A stretch of DNA of 64,000 nt, from the NCBI GenBank assembly GCA_964650385.1, contig CAZYTP010000003.1, positions 8,576 to 72,575 of the forward strand. Direction: 5' to 3'. Each line of letters starts with the position of its first letter. Position 1 is the first letter of the stretch. The position numbers and the translations under genes were made by a program. Shown here piece by piece: positions 1 to 8,920 of this stretch. The notes beneath the pieces are model-generated. The model was not told where the DNA came from. It was given only the letters and a program-made list of their open reading frames with translations, and made no database searches. The DNA is from an uncultured Syntrophales bacterium (GTDB lineage: Bacteria; Desulfobacterota; Syntrophia; Syntrophales; JADFWA01).

Positions 1-155
1 ACCTGGTAACCCCTCCGGGTGAGTTCGGCTATCTCATCGACCAACTGTTCTATTATGTCGAGATCGAGTCCGCTTTTACCCGTTAAGACACCGGTGCCGA
101 TCTTAATTAAGACCTTTTTAACATTTAACAGTATCTCTTTTCTTTCGTTCACCAT
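1..155 (-). CDS. proB: glutamate 5-kinase, N-terminal 51 codons (gene runs off the left edge)
   Basis: Own translation from ATG at 155: MVNERKEILLNVKKVLIKIGTGVLTGKSGLDLDIIEQLVDEIAELTRRGYQ. It is ProB-like at the N-terminus and fits the classic obg-proB synteny. It is absent from the ORF track because it is truncated. Confidence 0.6.
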   Translation of the reverse strand, partial: MVNERKEILLNVKKVLIKIGTGVLTGKSGLDLDIIEQLVDEIAELTRRGYQ

Positions 156-161
156 TGTTAT

Positions 162-1172
162 CTATAGTGCCTTTTGCGTCTTTAGTGTTTTGACTATCTC
201 GTTTATCAGTACATCTATCCCCTCTCCTGTAACAGCGGAAACCGGGAAAAGTTTTATCCTATATTCCCTGAAAATCTCAATCTCTTCTTTCATCCTCTCT
301 TTCGTTACAGTGAGGTCTATTTTATTGAGCGCCACGATCTGAGGTTTTTCTATCAGAGCAGGACTGAAAAGTGCAAGTTCCTCGTTAGTCGACTCGAAGT
401 TTTCCCACGCACTACCGTGAGAATTTTCAGAGATATCAAGAATGTGAAGGAGGATCGCGGTTCTTTCAATATGACGGAGAAATCTCATTCCCAACCCCTG
501 ACCTGAGTGGGCTCCCCGTATCAATCCGGGAATGTCTGCAATGACAAACGTTTCAAAGTCATCAATTTTTACAACTCCGAGATTCGGTTTTAGTGTGGTG
601 AACGGGTACGCTGCTATTTTGGGCCTCGCAGCGGAGATTTTTGATATAAAGGTTGATTTCCCCGCGTTTGGCTGACCTATAATTCCTACATCTGCAAGAA
701 GTTTGAGTTCAAGCTCAATCCGCTTTTCTTCTCCCGCGAATCCATCCTGAGCGTAGCGGGGTGCCCTGTTTGTCGACGTTGCATATCTCGCGTTTCCCTT
801 ACCGCCATCCCCCCCTCTGGCCACGATGAATTCCTGACCGTCGGCCGTAATATCCGCTAAGACTTCACCCGTTTCAACATCCTTGACAAGTGTTCCGACA
901 GGAACAACAATTTCCACATCGGGGGAATTTTTGCCTGATTTATTACTGCCCTCTCCACGTCCTCCGTTTTTTGCAACATGGTGCTGTCTGAATTTCAGGT
1001 CGAGCAGTGTACTGCAACGAGCGGAAGCCTTTATAACAACATCTCCCCCTTTTCCCCCATCTCCGCCGTTCGGTCCTCCCCGGGGGACGTACTTCTCCCT
1101 TCTGAAGCTGACGCAACCATTTCCGCCGTTACCAGATTTGACATAAATTTTTGCTTCGTCAATGAATTTCAT
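162..1172 (-). CDS. obg: GTPase Obg/CgtA
   Basis: ORF 162..1199 trimmed to the in-frame ATG at 1172, giving MKFIDEAKIYVKSGNGGNGCVSFRREKY (glycine-rich Obg fold). G1 motif GQPNAGKST and G3 motif DIPG are present. rplU-rpmA-obg synteny. Confidence 0.95.
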   Translation of the reverse strand: MKFIDEAKIYVKSGNGGNGCVSFRREKYVPRGGPNGGDGGKGGDVVIKASARCSTLLDLKFRQHHVAKNGGRGEGSNKSGKNSPDVEIVVPVGTLVKDVETGEVLADITADGQEFIVARGGDGGKGNARYATSTNRAPRYAQDGFAGEEKRIELELKLLADVGIIGQPNAGKSTFISKISAARPKIAAYPFTTLKPNLGVVKIDDFETFVIADIPGLIRGAHSGQGLGMRFLRHIERTAILLHILDISENSHGSAWENFESTNEELALFSPALIEKPQIVALNKIDLTVTKERMKEEIEIFREYRIKLFPVSAVTGEGIDVLINEIVKTLKTQKAL

Positions 1173-1294
1173 GGAGAAAATCTGTGGAGATACTGCCAAA
1201 AAGTCTGTAAAACGTACATCGCTCCCTAACCCTGCAGTTTATCGTGAGGCCAGCGAGCGAATACAATAAAATCATTTTTCACGTTTCGAAAATT

Positions 1295-1314
1295 CCCCGC
1301 AGCAATCTGCGGGG
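1295..1314 (+). repeat. CCCCGC-hairpin repeat, short form (CCCCGCAG-caat-CTGCGGGG)
   Basis: Perfect 8-bp GC stem between rpmA and obg. The flank AATTCCCCGC..GCGGGGAAC matches the 4893 copy (AGCTCCCCGC..GCGGGGAAC). Confidence 0.6.
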
Positions 1315-1377
1315 AACCTCAATATGGATATTTAGTATCGGATGTAAGGAGATTTGGCGGAAGGGTGAAGGGTTATG

Positions 1378-1635
1378 TTATTGGACAGTATAAACGCTCA
1401 CTTTTTTTCTGCTTTTACCAAATCTTTCAAACTGTACAATCCCATCGATTTTTGAAAAAACCGTGTAATCCTTTCCCATTCCCACATTATTACCAGGGTG
1501 TATTCTTGTTCCGAGTTGACGGATTATAATGGATCCAGCACTGACTAATTGTCCGGCGTATACTTTCACACCACGCCTTTGAGCGTTACTGTCTCTTCCA
1601 TTACGGGAACTCCCCTGTCCTTTTTTGTGTGCCAT
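1378..1635 (-). CDS. rpmA: 50S ribosomal protein L27
   Basis: [24 protein letters not shown], 85 aa. Confidence 0.97.
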   Translation of the reverse strand: MAHKKGQGSSRNGRDSNAQRRGVKVYAGQLVSAGSIIIRQLGTRIHPGNNVGMGKDYTVFSKIDGIVQFERFGKSRKKVSVYTVQ

Positions 1636-1647
1636 TACTTCCTCCGC

Positions 1648-1959
1648 TTACATGGAAATTTCCTTTATTTTCAGGCTAGTTAATTCCTGACGGTGTCCCG
1701 TCTTTTTGCGATAACCTTTTCTTCGCTTCATTTTAAATACTTTTATCTTTGACCCCTTGGTCTGAGCTACAATCTCGCCGGTAACCTCAGCCCCCATAAC
1801 ATATGGAGTGCCCACCTTGATTTCACCCTCCCTGGAGGTCATTAATATCTCTTCGAAAACAACTTCGTTTCCCTTTTCTCCATCAATTTTCTCAATATCA
1901 AGAGTGTCCCCTTCTGAAACTTTATACTGCTTTCCACCTGTTTTTATAACCGCATACAT
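1648..1959 (-). CDS. rplU: 50S ribosomal protein L21
   Basis: [18 protein letters not shown], 103 aa, located upstream of rpmA. Confidence 0.97.
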   Translation of the reverse strand: MYAVIKTGGKQYKVSEGDTLDIEKIDGEKGNEVVFEEILMTSREGEIKVGTPYVMGAEVTGEIVAQTKGSKIKVFKMKRRKGYRKKTGHRQELTSLKIKEISM

Positions 1960-2189
1960 AGTCGACCCTTTTCCTGAATGAAATTAGAACTTGTCATTAT
2001 AGAAATTAATAACCATTTGTCAACAACATTTTTGCTAACCGCCAAACAAATGAGACTTTTTTTAAAGGTCCCATACATTCTGTGCAGTCAATGGAGGTGA
2101 TTCCAATTGGGTTCGTCTTTCTAAATCATATTGACATACAAATCACATCACATTATACTTCAGTGTACTAATTTAAAAGGAGAGAAACA

Positions 2190-2591
2190 TTGAAAACGGT
2201 AAATTCGATTTTAATTCTGGTGATAAGTATATTACTGATTTCAGGCTGTGATACAGGATTTATAGTGGGAGACAAAGTTGTGAGTGTTCGATCAGGAAAA
2301 CTCATCTATACAGACGGCATATTAACGACAGATTATCCCTTTCCTTTCGATAAGGTATGGGAGGCCTGCGAGAAAACCGTAGTCGATATGAAGACTTACG
2401 ATACTGAAAAGGATAAGAAGATCGCTACGGGAACGATTGATACAAATCTAAGTGATGAAAAAATTCACATATCAGTAAAATATGCAGCAAAAAATCTGAC
2501 AACAGTGGCTGTACGTGTCGGCCTGGCTGGAAACAATCTTGCGGCACAACTCATCCATGAAAAGATAAAAAATAACTTATTAAAAAAGTGA
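2190..2591 (+). CDS. small lipoprotein of unknown function (DUF3568-like by recollection)
   Basis: TTG start preceded by AGGAGA. Signal peptide with lipobox LLISG|C. 133 aa. Confidence 0.7.
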   Translation: MKTVNSILILVISILLISGCDTGFIVGDKVVSVRSGKLIYTDGILTTDYPFPFDKVWEACEKTVVDMKTYDTEKDKKIATGTIDTNLSDEKIHISVKYAAKNLTTVAVRVGLAGNNLAAQLIHEKIKNNLLKK

Positions 2592-2622
2592 CTCAGGGAC
2601 GTCCCCAATCCTTTTCCCTGAG

Positions 2623-2671
2623 TGAATCTCCCCGCTCACAAGGCGGGGCTTACGGGCGCGCTCCCGGTCAA
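2623..2671 (+). repeat. CCCCGC-hairpin repeat, 5'-truncated copy
   Basis: GTGAATCTCCCCGCTCACAAGGCGGGGCTTACGGGCGCGCTCCCGGTCAA aligns with the copies at 25310-25366 (reverse complement) and 23862-23903. It is preceded by a separate 8-bp hairpin, CTCAGGGA..TCCCTGAG (2592-2622), directly after the lipoprotein stop codon. Confidence 0.7.
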
Positions 2672-2729
2672 AAAATCCGTCATATATAAACAGGACAAAT
2701 CCGAACGAGACAATCCAGAAAATTATCGC

Positions 2730-3566
2730 TTACGGAGCCCCTTTTTTCTTGAGCATTATAACACTAATTCCGCACAATATCATAATAATACAAAGTACCT
2801 GCCCCATGGTAAAAGACCATAATACAAATCCCAATTGCGGATCAGGAACCCGCAGAAATTCAATGAAAAAACGAATCAGCCCGTAACCGATAAGATATAA
2901 AGAAAAAAGAAATCCTTCGAAATGTTTCCTTTTTCTTATAATCCAGAGGAATGTGAAGAGAAGTATCCCCTCGAAAAAAGCCTCATAAAGTTGAGATGGA
3001 TGCCGGAGGCTGAGGTACGGGTCTAAAGGAAAATACATTCCCCAGGGCACGGTAGTTACTCGACCGTAAAGCTCGCCGTTGATAAAATTACCTATTCTAC
3101 CGAACGTGTATCCCAGGGGAATTGCAGGGCAAAAAAGATCGGCAAAACGCCAGAAATTTATTCTGTGTCTGCGACAAAAGACAATCGAAGCCAACAGGAC
3201 TCCGATGGCACCACCATGATAAGACATGCCGCTGATTCCTACATACCGGAAACCACCAGCAAAATCGAATGGAAATATAACTTCAAGAGGGTGATTCAGG
3301 TAATATCCAAAATTATAGAACAGAACATACCCTAATCTTGCCCCGATTATTAGTCCTACAATGCCCCATACAAAACAGTCCTGTATTGTTTCCGTCGAAT
3401 ATTCATAATCTTCACTCCTGATTCTATACTGGACAAGGATATACGTAAGAAAAAAAGCAATAAGATACATCAAGCCGTAATAACGAAGCTGGAATGACCC
3501 AATTTCAATGATATTAGGGTTGATGTGTTCAGGTATATGGTTCCAGTAATTGATCAATTGTTCCAT
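2730..3566 (-). CDS. lgt: prolipoprotein diacylglyceryl transferase
   Basis: ORF 2730..3662 trimmed to ATG 3566 (MEQLINYW). Polytopic membrane protein carrying the Lgt signature FGRIGNFINGELYGR. Confidence 0.9.
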   Translation of the reverse strand: MEQLINYWNHIPEHINPNIIEIGSFQLRYYGLMYLIAFFLTYILVQYRIRSEDYEYSTETIQDCFVWGIVGLIIGARLGYVLFYNFGYYLNHPLEVIFPFDFAGGFRYVGISGMSYHGGAIGVLLASIVFCRRHRINFWRFADLFCPAIPLGYTFGRIGNFINGELYGRVTTVPWGMYFPLDPYLSLRHPSQLYEAFFEGILLFTFLWIIRKRKHFEGFLFSLYLIGYGLIRFFIEFLRVPDPQLGFVLWSFTMGQVLCIIMILCGISVIMLKKKGAP

Positions 3567-3600
3567 TTTAGTTCCGGCAAACTGCCGGCACGATTCACGC

Positions 3601-3795
3601 TCAGGTAAAACCCTGACCCGACGGGGCGCAGGATGAACAACTCTGGCTGGGGCTGGATGCAAAAATTGATAAAATCTTCTGAACCTCGCTACTGTTACAT
3701 TCCGGGCATTTTAAATTCTTATCCTCGTCATTGATGGAGCGTATTAACTCAAATGAGTTGTTACAATTAATGCATTTGTACTCATAAATCGGCAT
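3601..3795 (-). CDS. FmdB-family zinc-ribbon protein
   Basis: MPIYEYKCINCNNSFE...LKCPECNS: the CxxC..CxxC motif and YEY[KR]C start are typical of the family. Confidence 0.75.
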   Translation of the reverse strand: MPIYEYKCINCNNSFELIRSINDEDKNLKCPECNSSEVQKILSIFASSPSQSCSSCAPSGQGFT

Positions 3796-3877
3796 ATTTT
3801 TTGTTCTCCTTACACAGGACAGACATTTGAAAACGTAATTATGATATCATATTTTTCAATTATTTTCCACGCTTCTT

Positions 3878-4867
3878 CTATGGCTGGTAGCCAAAATCTC
3901 CATAGGTCTCTCCTTTCAATTCCTCCACATAGAGCTGGGCGGAAAACGCGGCTGTAGCTCCATCACCACATGCCGTGACTATCTGCCGGAAAAGCTTTTT
4001 TATGCAGTCACCACAGGCAAATATGCCGCTTCCGGATGTTTTCATGTCTCTGTCCGTAATAATATATCCACTATTATCAAGATCCACAAGGCCTCGAACA
4101 ATATTCGTGCTCGGTACCAGACCAATGAACACAAACACGCCTTCTGTCTTTATTACTCTGTAATCGTCGGGCTTTTTAACGTTTCTTATCCTCACACCTG
4201 TAACAAAATCATTTCCAAGCACTTCCTCCGGCACTGAATTATAGGCAAAATATATCCTATCATTCGCAAGAGCCCTTTTCCTGAGGATACCTGCAGCACG
4301 CAGACGGTCCCGGCGGTGAATTATAGTAACCTTCCTGGCAAATTTAGTAAGATAAATGGCTTCCTCAACTGCCACATCCCCGCCTCCGACAACAACCACA
4401 TCTCTATTTTTGTAAAAGGGCCCATCACATGTAGCACAGTATGATACCCCTCGCCCTATGAAAGTTTCCTCTCCTGGAATATCCAACTTGCTCCAGGATG
4501 CACCTGTCGCTATGATGACAGATAGCGAATGGCGGGTATTACCGTTTGTCTTCACTTGCCAAACATTTATTCCACCCAATTGTTTCTTCGTAATGGACGT
4601 CACATCTTCCGAGGTAATCTCCAGGCCAAACCTGGTTGCCTGTTCTTTGAATTTGTTATGGAGTTCAATACCATTTACCGGCTCGGGGATCCCCGGATAA
4701 TTTTCAACAAGATCGGTAACGGTAACCTGACTAAACGTTGAACTACCTCCGATCAATAACACATTCATGACGGCCCTTGCGGCATACTGTCCTGCCGTGA
4801 AACCTGCAGGGCCACCACCTATAATAATAATATCATAAATATTGTCAGGAATTTGTCTGGTTTTCAT
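3878..4867 (-). CDS. trxB: thioredoxin-disulfide reductase
   Basis: FAD motif GGGPAG, redox centre CATCDG, NADPH motif GGGDVAVEEA. 329 aa. Confidence 0.92.
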   Translation of the reverse strand: MKTRQIPDNIYDIIIIGGGPAGFTAGQYAARAVMNVLLIGGSSTFSQVTVTDLVENYPGIPEPVNGIELHNKFKEQATRFGLEITSEDVTSITKKQLGGINVWQVKTNGNTRHSLSVIIATGASWSKLDIPGEETFIGRGVSYCATCDGPFYKNRDVVVVGGGDVAVEEAIYLTKFARKVTIIHRRDRLRAAGILRKRALANDRIYFAYNSVPEEVLGNDFVTGVRIRNVKKPDDYRVIKTEGVFVFIGLVPSTNIVRGLVDLDNSGYIITDRDMKTSGSGIFACGDCIKKLFRQIVTACGDGATAAFSAQLYVEELKGETYGDFGYQP

Positions 4868-4887
4868 TGTTCACTCCTTTATTATTA

Positions 4888-5086
4888 AAGCTCCCCGCAA
4901 CAAGTTGCGGGGAACGAAGTAATTCGAAGAATAATCTCCGACTGGTTAGTAAATTAGAATTTGCTTTCTGGTAGAAAGCAAATTCGTTAACGCATTTATC
5001 CCCTTTAGCGGGACTTATCCCGTTTATCGGGGTAAGGAAAACATTTTTTGTATGCGCTCGCTGTTCAGTTCGGCCTGCCCGGTTAA
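4888..5086 (+). repeat. expanded copy of the CCCCGC-hairpin repeat family
   Basis: The left end, AAGCTCCCCGCAACAAGTTGCGGGGAAC, is followed by the GGTAAGGAAAACATTTTTTGTATGCGC block (compare 23827-23855 GGTAAGGAACATGTTTTTTTATATTGCGC). The right end is CCCGGTTAA (compare CCCGGTCAA). Confidence 0.5.
4957..4985. repeat. perfect 12-bp inverted repeat GAATTTGCTTTC-tggta-GAAAGCAAATTC
   Basis: Read directly from the sequence. It lies inside the expanded repeat copy, about 90 nt upstream of the trxB start. Confidence 0.8.
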
Positions 5087-5417
5087 ATAGAGCAAATTAT
5101 CACCCCACCTGTCTGTTCCGATAAGATTACTGGCCAAAAACTCTTCTACACACTTTACTGTTTCTTTGCAAGGATCTCTAATTTCTTTTAATCTATATAC
5201 TGTTTCACTTAAAATTATTTTTTCCTGTTGCCAGATTAATTTGAAATGTTATAATTTTTATTTTATCATAGATTATTTGTTCTTGGTTTTTATTTCCAAA
5301 TATAACATTAGAAAGAAATAGGGAAAACAATTTAATCAATTTTTTAAATGCCACAACTTTTGAACGTTACCCATAATTTGGTGCCAACTCGTACCTAAAA
5401 TTAAAAAGGGGGATGTT

Positions 5418-5975
5418 ATGCGTATATCTTTTCTTAAAAACAGGATTTTTTTATTATCGATGATAGTCCTTTTCGCTTTTATCTCGGGTTGTGCGATGAC
5501 AGCACCCCTGAAACCCGAAGAGATAATTCCGCCTAAGCCGAGACTGGACAATAAGGGAGCTTATTTATGTCCTTACACGCAGGATGGAGTCATGGCAGAA
5601 TGGGTTGATAAAGCAATCAATGCTAAGATTGGCGCAACGGTCGGCAAACATACCGGTGCCTACGCGGGACAGCAACTATTAGAAAATGTCCCTTTTATAG
5701 GAGGTCTTGTAGGACAACATGCCGGAGAGGCTATCGGTCGCAAAATTGCTATTGAGTGTTCAGGAGGCTGGGAGTACATACAGGAAACGAGCGATGTGTC
5801 TTTCGATACCCTTGAGGATTTATCGATTTACCTGTACGCGGTATACTCTTCAAACGAACATTTCAAGGATGCACTCGAAGCTACCATGGAGATATATCCG
5901 GAGATGAAAACAAAATATTATCCGGCGATTACACATGCTCCTAAAAAAGAGGCCCCTGAAAAAGATGGTCAGTAG
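5418..5975 (+). CDS. lipoprotein of unknown function with glycine-zipper-like segment
   Basis: Lipobox FISG|C. Contains GATVGKHTGAYAGQQ..GGLVGQHAGEAIG. 185 aa. GGGGGA sits upstream of the ATG. Confidence 0.7.
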   Translation: MRISFLKNRIFLLSMIVLFAFISGCAMTAPLKPEEIIPPKPRLDNKGAYLCPYTQDGVMAEWVDKAINAKIGATVGKHTGAYAGQQLLENVPFIGGLVGQHAGEAIGRKIAIECSGGWEYIQETSDVSFDTLEDLSIYLYAVYSSNEHFKDALEATMEIYPEMKTKYYPAITHAPKKEAPEKDGQ

Positions 5976-6062
5976 AAACTGATTTGTAATAGCTTTGCAT
6001 TGAAAAGAGTAATTGCCAAAGGCTTAAAGGGCCAACACGCGGGGATTGAATGGGTAAATTGA

Positions 6063-6171
6063 TTGACCGGGGGCGCAATATAAAACGAACATATTGCTCA
6101 CAACAGCTCACTATCTACGATTCCTTGCCGGGAAACCCCACCCTGTGAGCGGGAAGCTTCACTTTTGACAC
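6063..6171 (-). repeat. CCCCGC-hairpin repeat, long form (reverse orientation)
   Basis: The reverse complement reads GTGTCAAAAGTGAAGCTTCCCGCTCACAGGGTGGGGTTTCCCGGCAAGGAA...TTTTATATTGCGCCCCCGGTCAA, colinear with 23786-23903. Confidence 0.75.
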
Positions 6172-6241
6172 CTGAAATTTTCGGATTCGGACGACAATTG
6201 TTTTGCAATAATCTTTCAGAAATAGATTAAACGGGGGGACT

Positions 6242-6889
6242 ATGACTATTGCAATATTAAGAATGATGAAAATATGTATTTTGCTTTGTTTGTGTCTCTT
6301 ATATGTGAGTGGTTGTGCTACGGTTCCAAAAGATGCGGCCGGTTCTCAGGCACACTATGTGGACCCCGGTCAGAAAAGCGAGGTCTACGGTGTGGGTATT
6401 GATTCTCAGGACATTATCAGTATAACCGATGAAATGATACGTGATATGCTTTCGAATCCTTTCTGGTCTGATTCCGAAACTCTCCCTAAGGTTATAATAG
6501 ACTCTAAATATTTCAAAAATGAAAGTTCGACAAGAATCAACAAGAAAATGATTACTGATCGATTGAGGGTAGAGCTGAATAAGACTGCCCGTGGAAAGAT
6601 GATTTTCATCGGACGGGAATATCTTAACATGATTTTGAAAGAGGCGGAGTTGAAGCAGTTGGGACTTATGGGGCAAGATAAAGCGATGGACGAAATCAGG
6701 ATTTATGAAGCTGATTATCGTCTGGGGGGTCGTATTTCAACACGTGATGCGATTAATCCAAAGACGGGTGCATTTTCCCGTTACCATCAGCTCCTTTTCG
6801 ATATGATTGACTTGAAAACCGGTGCAATCGTATGGAGTAACGGATATAATTTCAAAAAAACCGCTCAGGAAGATATAATCTACCGATAA
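6242..6889 (+). CDS. LpoB/YcfM-like lipoprotein (COG3417-type)
   Basis: Lipobox YVSG|C. The pattern VIIDSKYFKNESS..INKKMITDRLRVELNK..GKMIFI and the C-terminal YRLGGRIS...LLFDMIDLKTGAIVWS resemble the E. coli LpoB core. The match is from memory only. Confidence 0.6.
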   Translation: MTIAILRMMKICILLCLCLLYVSGCATVPKDAAGSQAHYVDPGQKSEVYGVGIDSQDIISITDEMIRDMLSNPFWSDSETLPKVIIDSKYFKNESSTRINKKMITDRLRVELNKTARGKMIFIGREYLNMILKEAELKQLGLMGQDKAMDEIRIYEADYRLGGRISTRDAINPKTGAFSRYHQLLFDMIDLKTGAIVWSNGYNFKKTAQEDIIYR

Positions 6890-6921
6890 TTCCGGCGGTT
6901 CAAAAGGCTATAGGCGGTATC

Positions 6922-8157
6922 ATGAAAAGGTTTTTTTATGTTTGCATTATTCTATGCGCAGTGTTTGCAATTCTAATAGGTTGCGCAGGCAGGCAGAAAT
7001 TTGAGAAGGCCGAAATACCCGAAAATCGCATGAGAGCATTTCTTGCGGATAAACCCGAAGAGCTGAAACCGGGCTTTCGTGCAATGCTGGAAGACGGGCA
7101 AAGGAATTACGTTTTAAACAATATACAGGTCGGTGTTTCAGCGTTGAAACTGGGACATACTGAAATTGCTGAAAAATGCTTTGACGAGGCGTTGAAACAT
7201 ATTGAAGCGGTATTTGCGGATAATGAAAAGGCGAGAAAGGCCCGCAGTTTATGGTATGAGGAAGGCATGAAGGATTTCAAGGGCGAGCCGTATGAGAGAG
7301 CCATGTCCTATTATTACAGGGGACTCCTTTATATGCTGGAGGAGGACTACGAAAATGCCCGGGCATGCTTTAAGGCCGGCATTATTCAGGATGCCTTTGC
7401 CGAGGAAAATCAAAATCGATGTGATTTTGCCCTGCTGTTATTTCTTGAAGCCTTCTGTTCCCTGAAGCTCGGCGATCAGGAATTAGCTAAAGCGGCATTG
7501 GAGGAAATGAAAAAGCTGCGACCGGATCTTGCGCATCCTGATACTGAATCGAATGTTCTGATCCTTGTCGAAACAGGAGCATCACCACGAAAACTTGCCG
7601 ATGGACTGGGTCATGCGGAACTAAAATTTTTCAGAGGGCGAAACATTGTGGAAAAACAGGTTGTATTATATGTAGGTGATTCAAAAATAATGTCCTACCC
7701 GATAGAAGATGTAGCCTGGCAGGCAATGACCCGTGGTGGCAGGCCTGTAGATAAGATAATTAAGGGTCAGGTTGCTTTTCGTAAAACGCACGAAAAGATA
7801 GGATCAACACTTACCGATATTTCATCGAATTTGCTGTTGGCTAATCCGGTCATGTCCAATTCTGATACTATGGGAGCAATAGGCACTGCTTTGGGAATTT
7901 TTGGCGTTGCAGAAATGGCCATGGCGTCTCGAACACGTACCCATGCCGATACACGCTACTGGAACAACCTTCCAGATACGGTACACATATCACACATGGA
8001 TCTCAAGAAGGATACATACAAATTAAAAATTCATTACCAAGATGAGACTGGCGCAGTGGTATCGGAAGATCAGCATAAAACAACCCTTGTCATTGATGAC
8101 AAGGAAGACTTGATTCTTATCTGGAAGCGACCGGATGGAAATTTTGTTATAAAATGA
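6922..8157 (+). CDS. TPR-like lipoprotein of unknown function
   Basis: Lipobox LIG|C. Helical TPR-like N-terminal half (YYYRGLLYMLEEDYENARACFKAG). Gly/Ala-rich hydrophobic segment MGAIGTALGIFGVAEMAMA, then ADTRYWNNLP. 411 aa. Confidence 0.7.
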   Translation: MKRFFYVCIILCAVFAILIGCAGRQKFEKAEIPENRMRAFLADKPEELKPGFRAMLEDGQRNYVLNNIQVGVSALKLGHTEIAEKCFDEALKHIEAVFADNEKARKARSLWYEEGMKDFKGEPYERAMSYYYRGLLYMLEEDYENARACFKAGIIQDAFAEENQNRCDFALLLFLEAFCSLKLGDQELAKAALEEMKKLRPDLAHPDTESNVLILVETGASPRKLADGLGHAELKFFRGRNIVEKQVVLYVGDSKIMSYPIEDVAWQAMTRGGRPVDKIIKGQVAFRKTHEKIGSTLTDISSNLLLANPVMSNSDTMGAIGTALGIFGVAEMAMASRTRTHADTRYWNNLPDTVHISHMDLKKDTYKLKIHYQDETGAVVSEDQHKTTLVIDDKEDLILIWKRPDGNFVIK

Positions 8158-8248
8158 GAATTTTATACGACCAAGCCCCCGTGGTTCAATCACCTCATAG
8201 TGTAATAATGCTAAGAGGTCGTTGACTGAAAGGGCATCAGCCCGTCAC

Positions 8249-8920
8249 CTATAAAAACACTTCATAACTTTCAGATTCATAGCTTACAGATTTATAACCA
8301 ATCATCTTTTGAATATGGAATGAGAGGAAACGACTTCCATAATTTTCAACAAATTTACGAAGTCCACACCTCGCTTTTCGAAACTTTTCACTTTGAAGAT
8401 TTTTTACCACATTCTCAATCTCTTGAGTTCGGCCTTCACAGATAATCTGTGGTCCTTCCCCTATAAGAACCTCCCACTCACCGGCCACGGTAATACCCAG
8501 TTCTTCCATGGTCGGATAGAATTCTTCGCTGACATAACGTTCGTAATCCGTTTTTGTGTTATTCACGATATCCCACGTTTGAGTGAATTTAACAGTATCT
8601 TTTTTAACATCTCTTGAATATGAATCTTTCCTTCCAGTGGGGACAAGGACCTTGGTTTTATAGTTCTTTACATAATTGAGCAAGTTCTCATTCAGTTTTT
8701 TATATTTTGGATCCTTCAAAGCCTTTTCTATTATATCCAAATCACCGCTTACGCCCTCAAATATAATTTCAGCATAGGCACCAACCAGAACTGACCACCC
8801 GGCTACAGTATGAATTCCCAATTTATTTATTCCCGGAATAAAGTCTTTCACAATAAAATTTCGATATTCTTGGTTACTTTCGGGAATAATGGTCCAATAC
8901 TGATTAAATTTTACAAACAT
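8249..8920 (-). CDS. hypothetical protein made of two tandem ~105-aa alpha+beta (Dabb/NIPSNAP-like) repeats
   Basis: Clear internal duplication: VKFNQYWTII..LGIHTVAGWSVLVGAYAEIIFEG versus VKFTQTWDIV..LGITVAGEWEVLIGEGPQIICEG. Confidence 0.65.
   Translation of the reverse strand: MFVKFNQYWTIIPESNQEYRNFIVKDFIPGINKLGIHTVAGWSVLVGAYAEIIFEGVSGDLDIIEKALKDPKYKKLNENLLNYVKNYKTKVLVPTGRKDSYSRDVKKDTVKFTQTWDIVNNTKTDYERYVSEEFYPTMEELGITVAGEWEVLIGEGPQIICEGRTQEIENVVKNLQSEKFRKARCGLRKFVENYGSRFLSFHIQKMIGYKSVSYESESYEVFL

Noticed and set aside
2622-2822. A 66-aa ORF (and the analogous 23850..24155 ORF) starting inside intergenic DNA.
   Set aside because: The N-terminal parts (..PAHKAGLTGALPV.. and ..PLPRLQGGACWCAPGQ..) are translations of the CCCCGC repeat element. 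The remainder is antisense to lgt or folC.
3567-3662. N-terminal extensions of track ORFs: lgt +32 aa, obg +9, rplX +28, rpsL +18, rpsK +11, MBL hydrolase +25, rpoC +9, and others.
   Set aside because: The extensions start at weak codons without Shine-Dalgarno motifs. They have no counterpart in the conserved families and often overlap the upstream gene. Internal starts with Shine-Dalgarno motifs match the canonical N-termini.
5027-5248. A 74-codon open frame on the minus strand (HFKLIWQQEKIILSETVYRLKEIRDPCKETVKCVEEFLASNLIGTDRWGDNLLYLTGQAELNSERIQKMFSLPR*) in the trxB-lipoprotein gap. It could be a gene remnant.
   Set aside because: It has no ATG or GTG start and no ribosome-binding site. Its C-terminal third is encoded by the repeat element, and I recognise no family. 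It is left unannotated; it could still be a pseudogene fragment.
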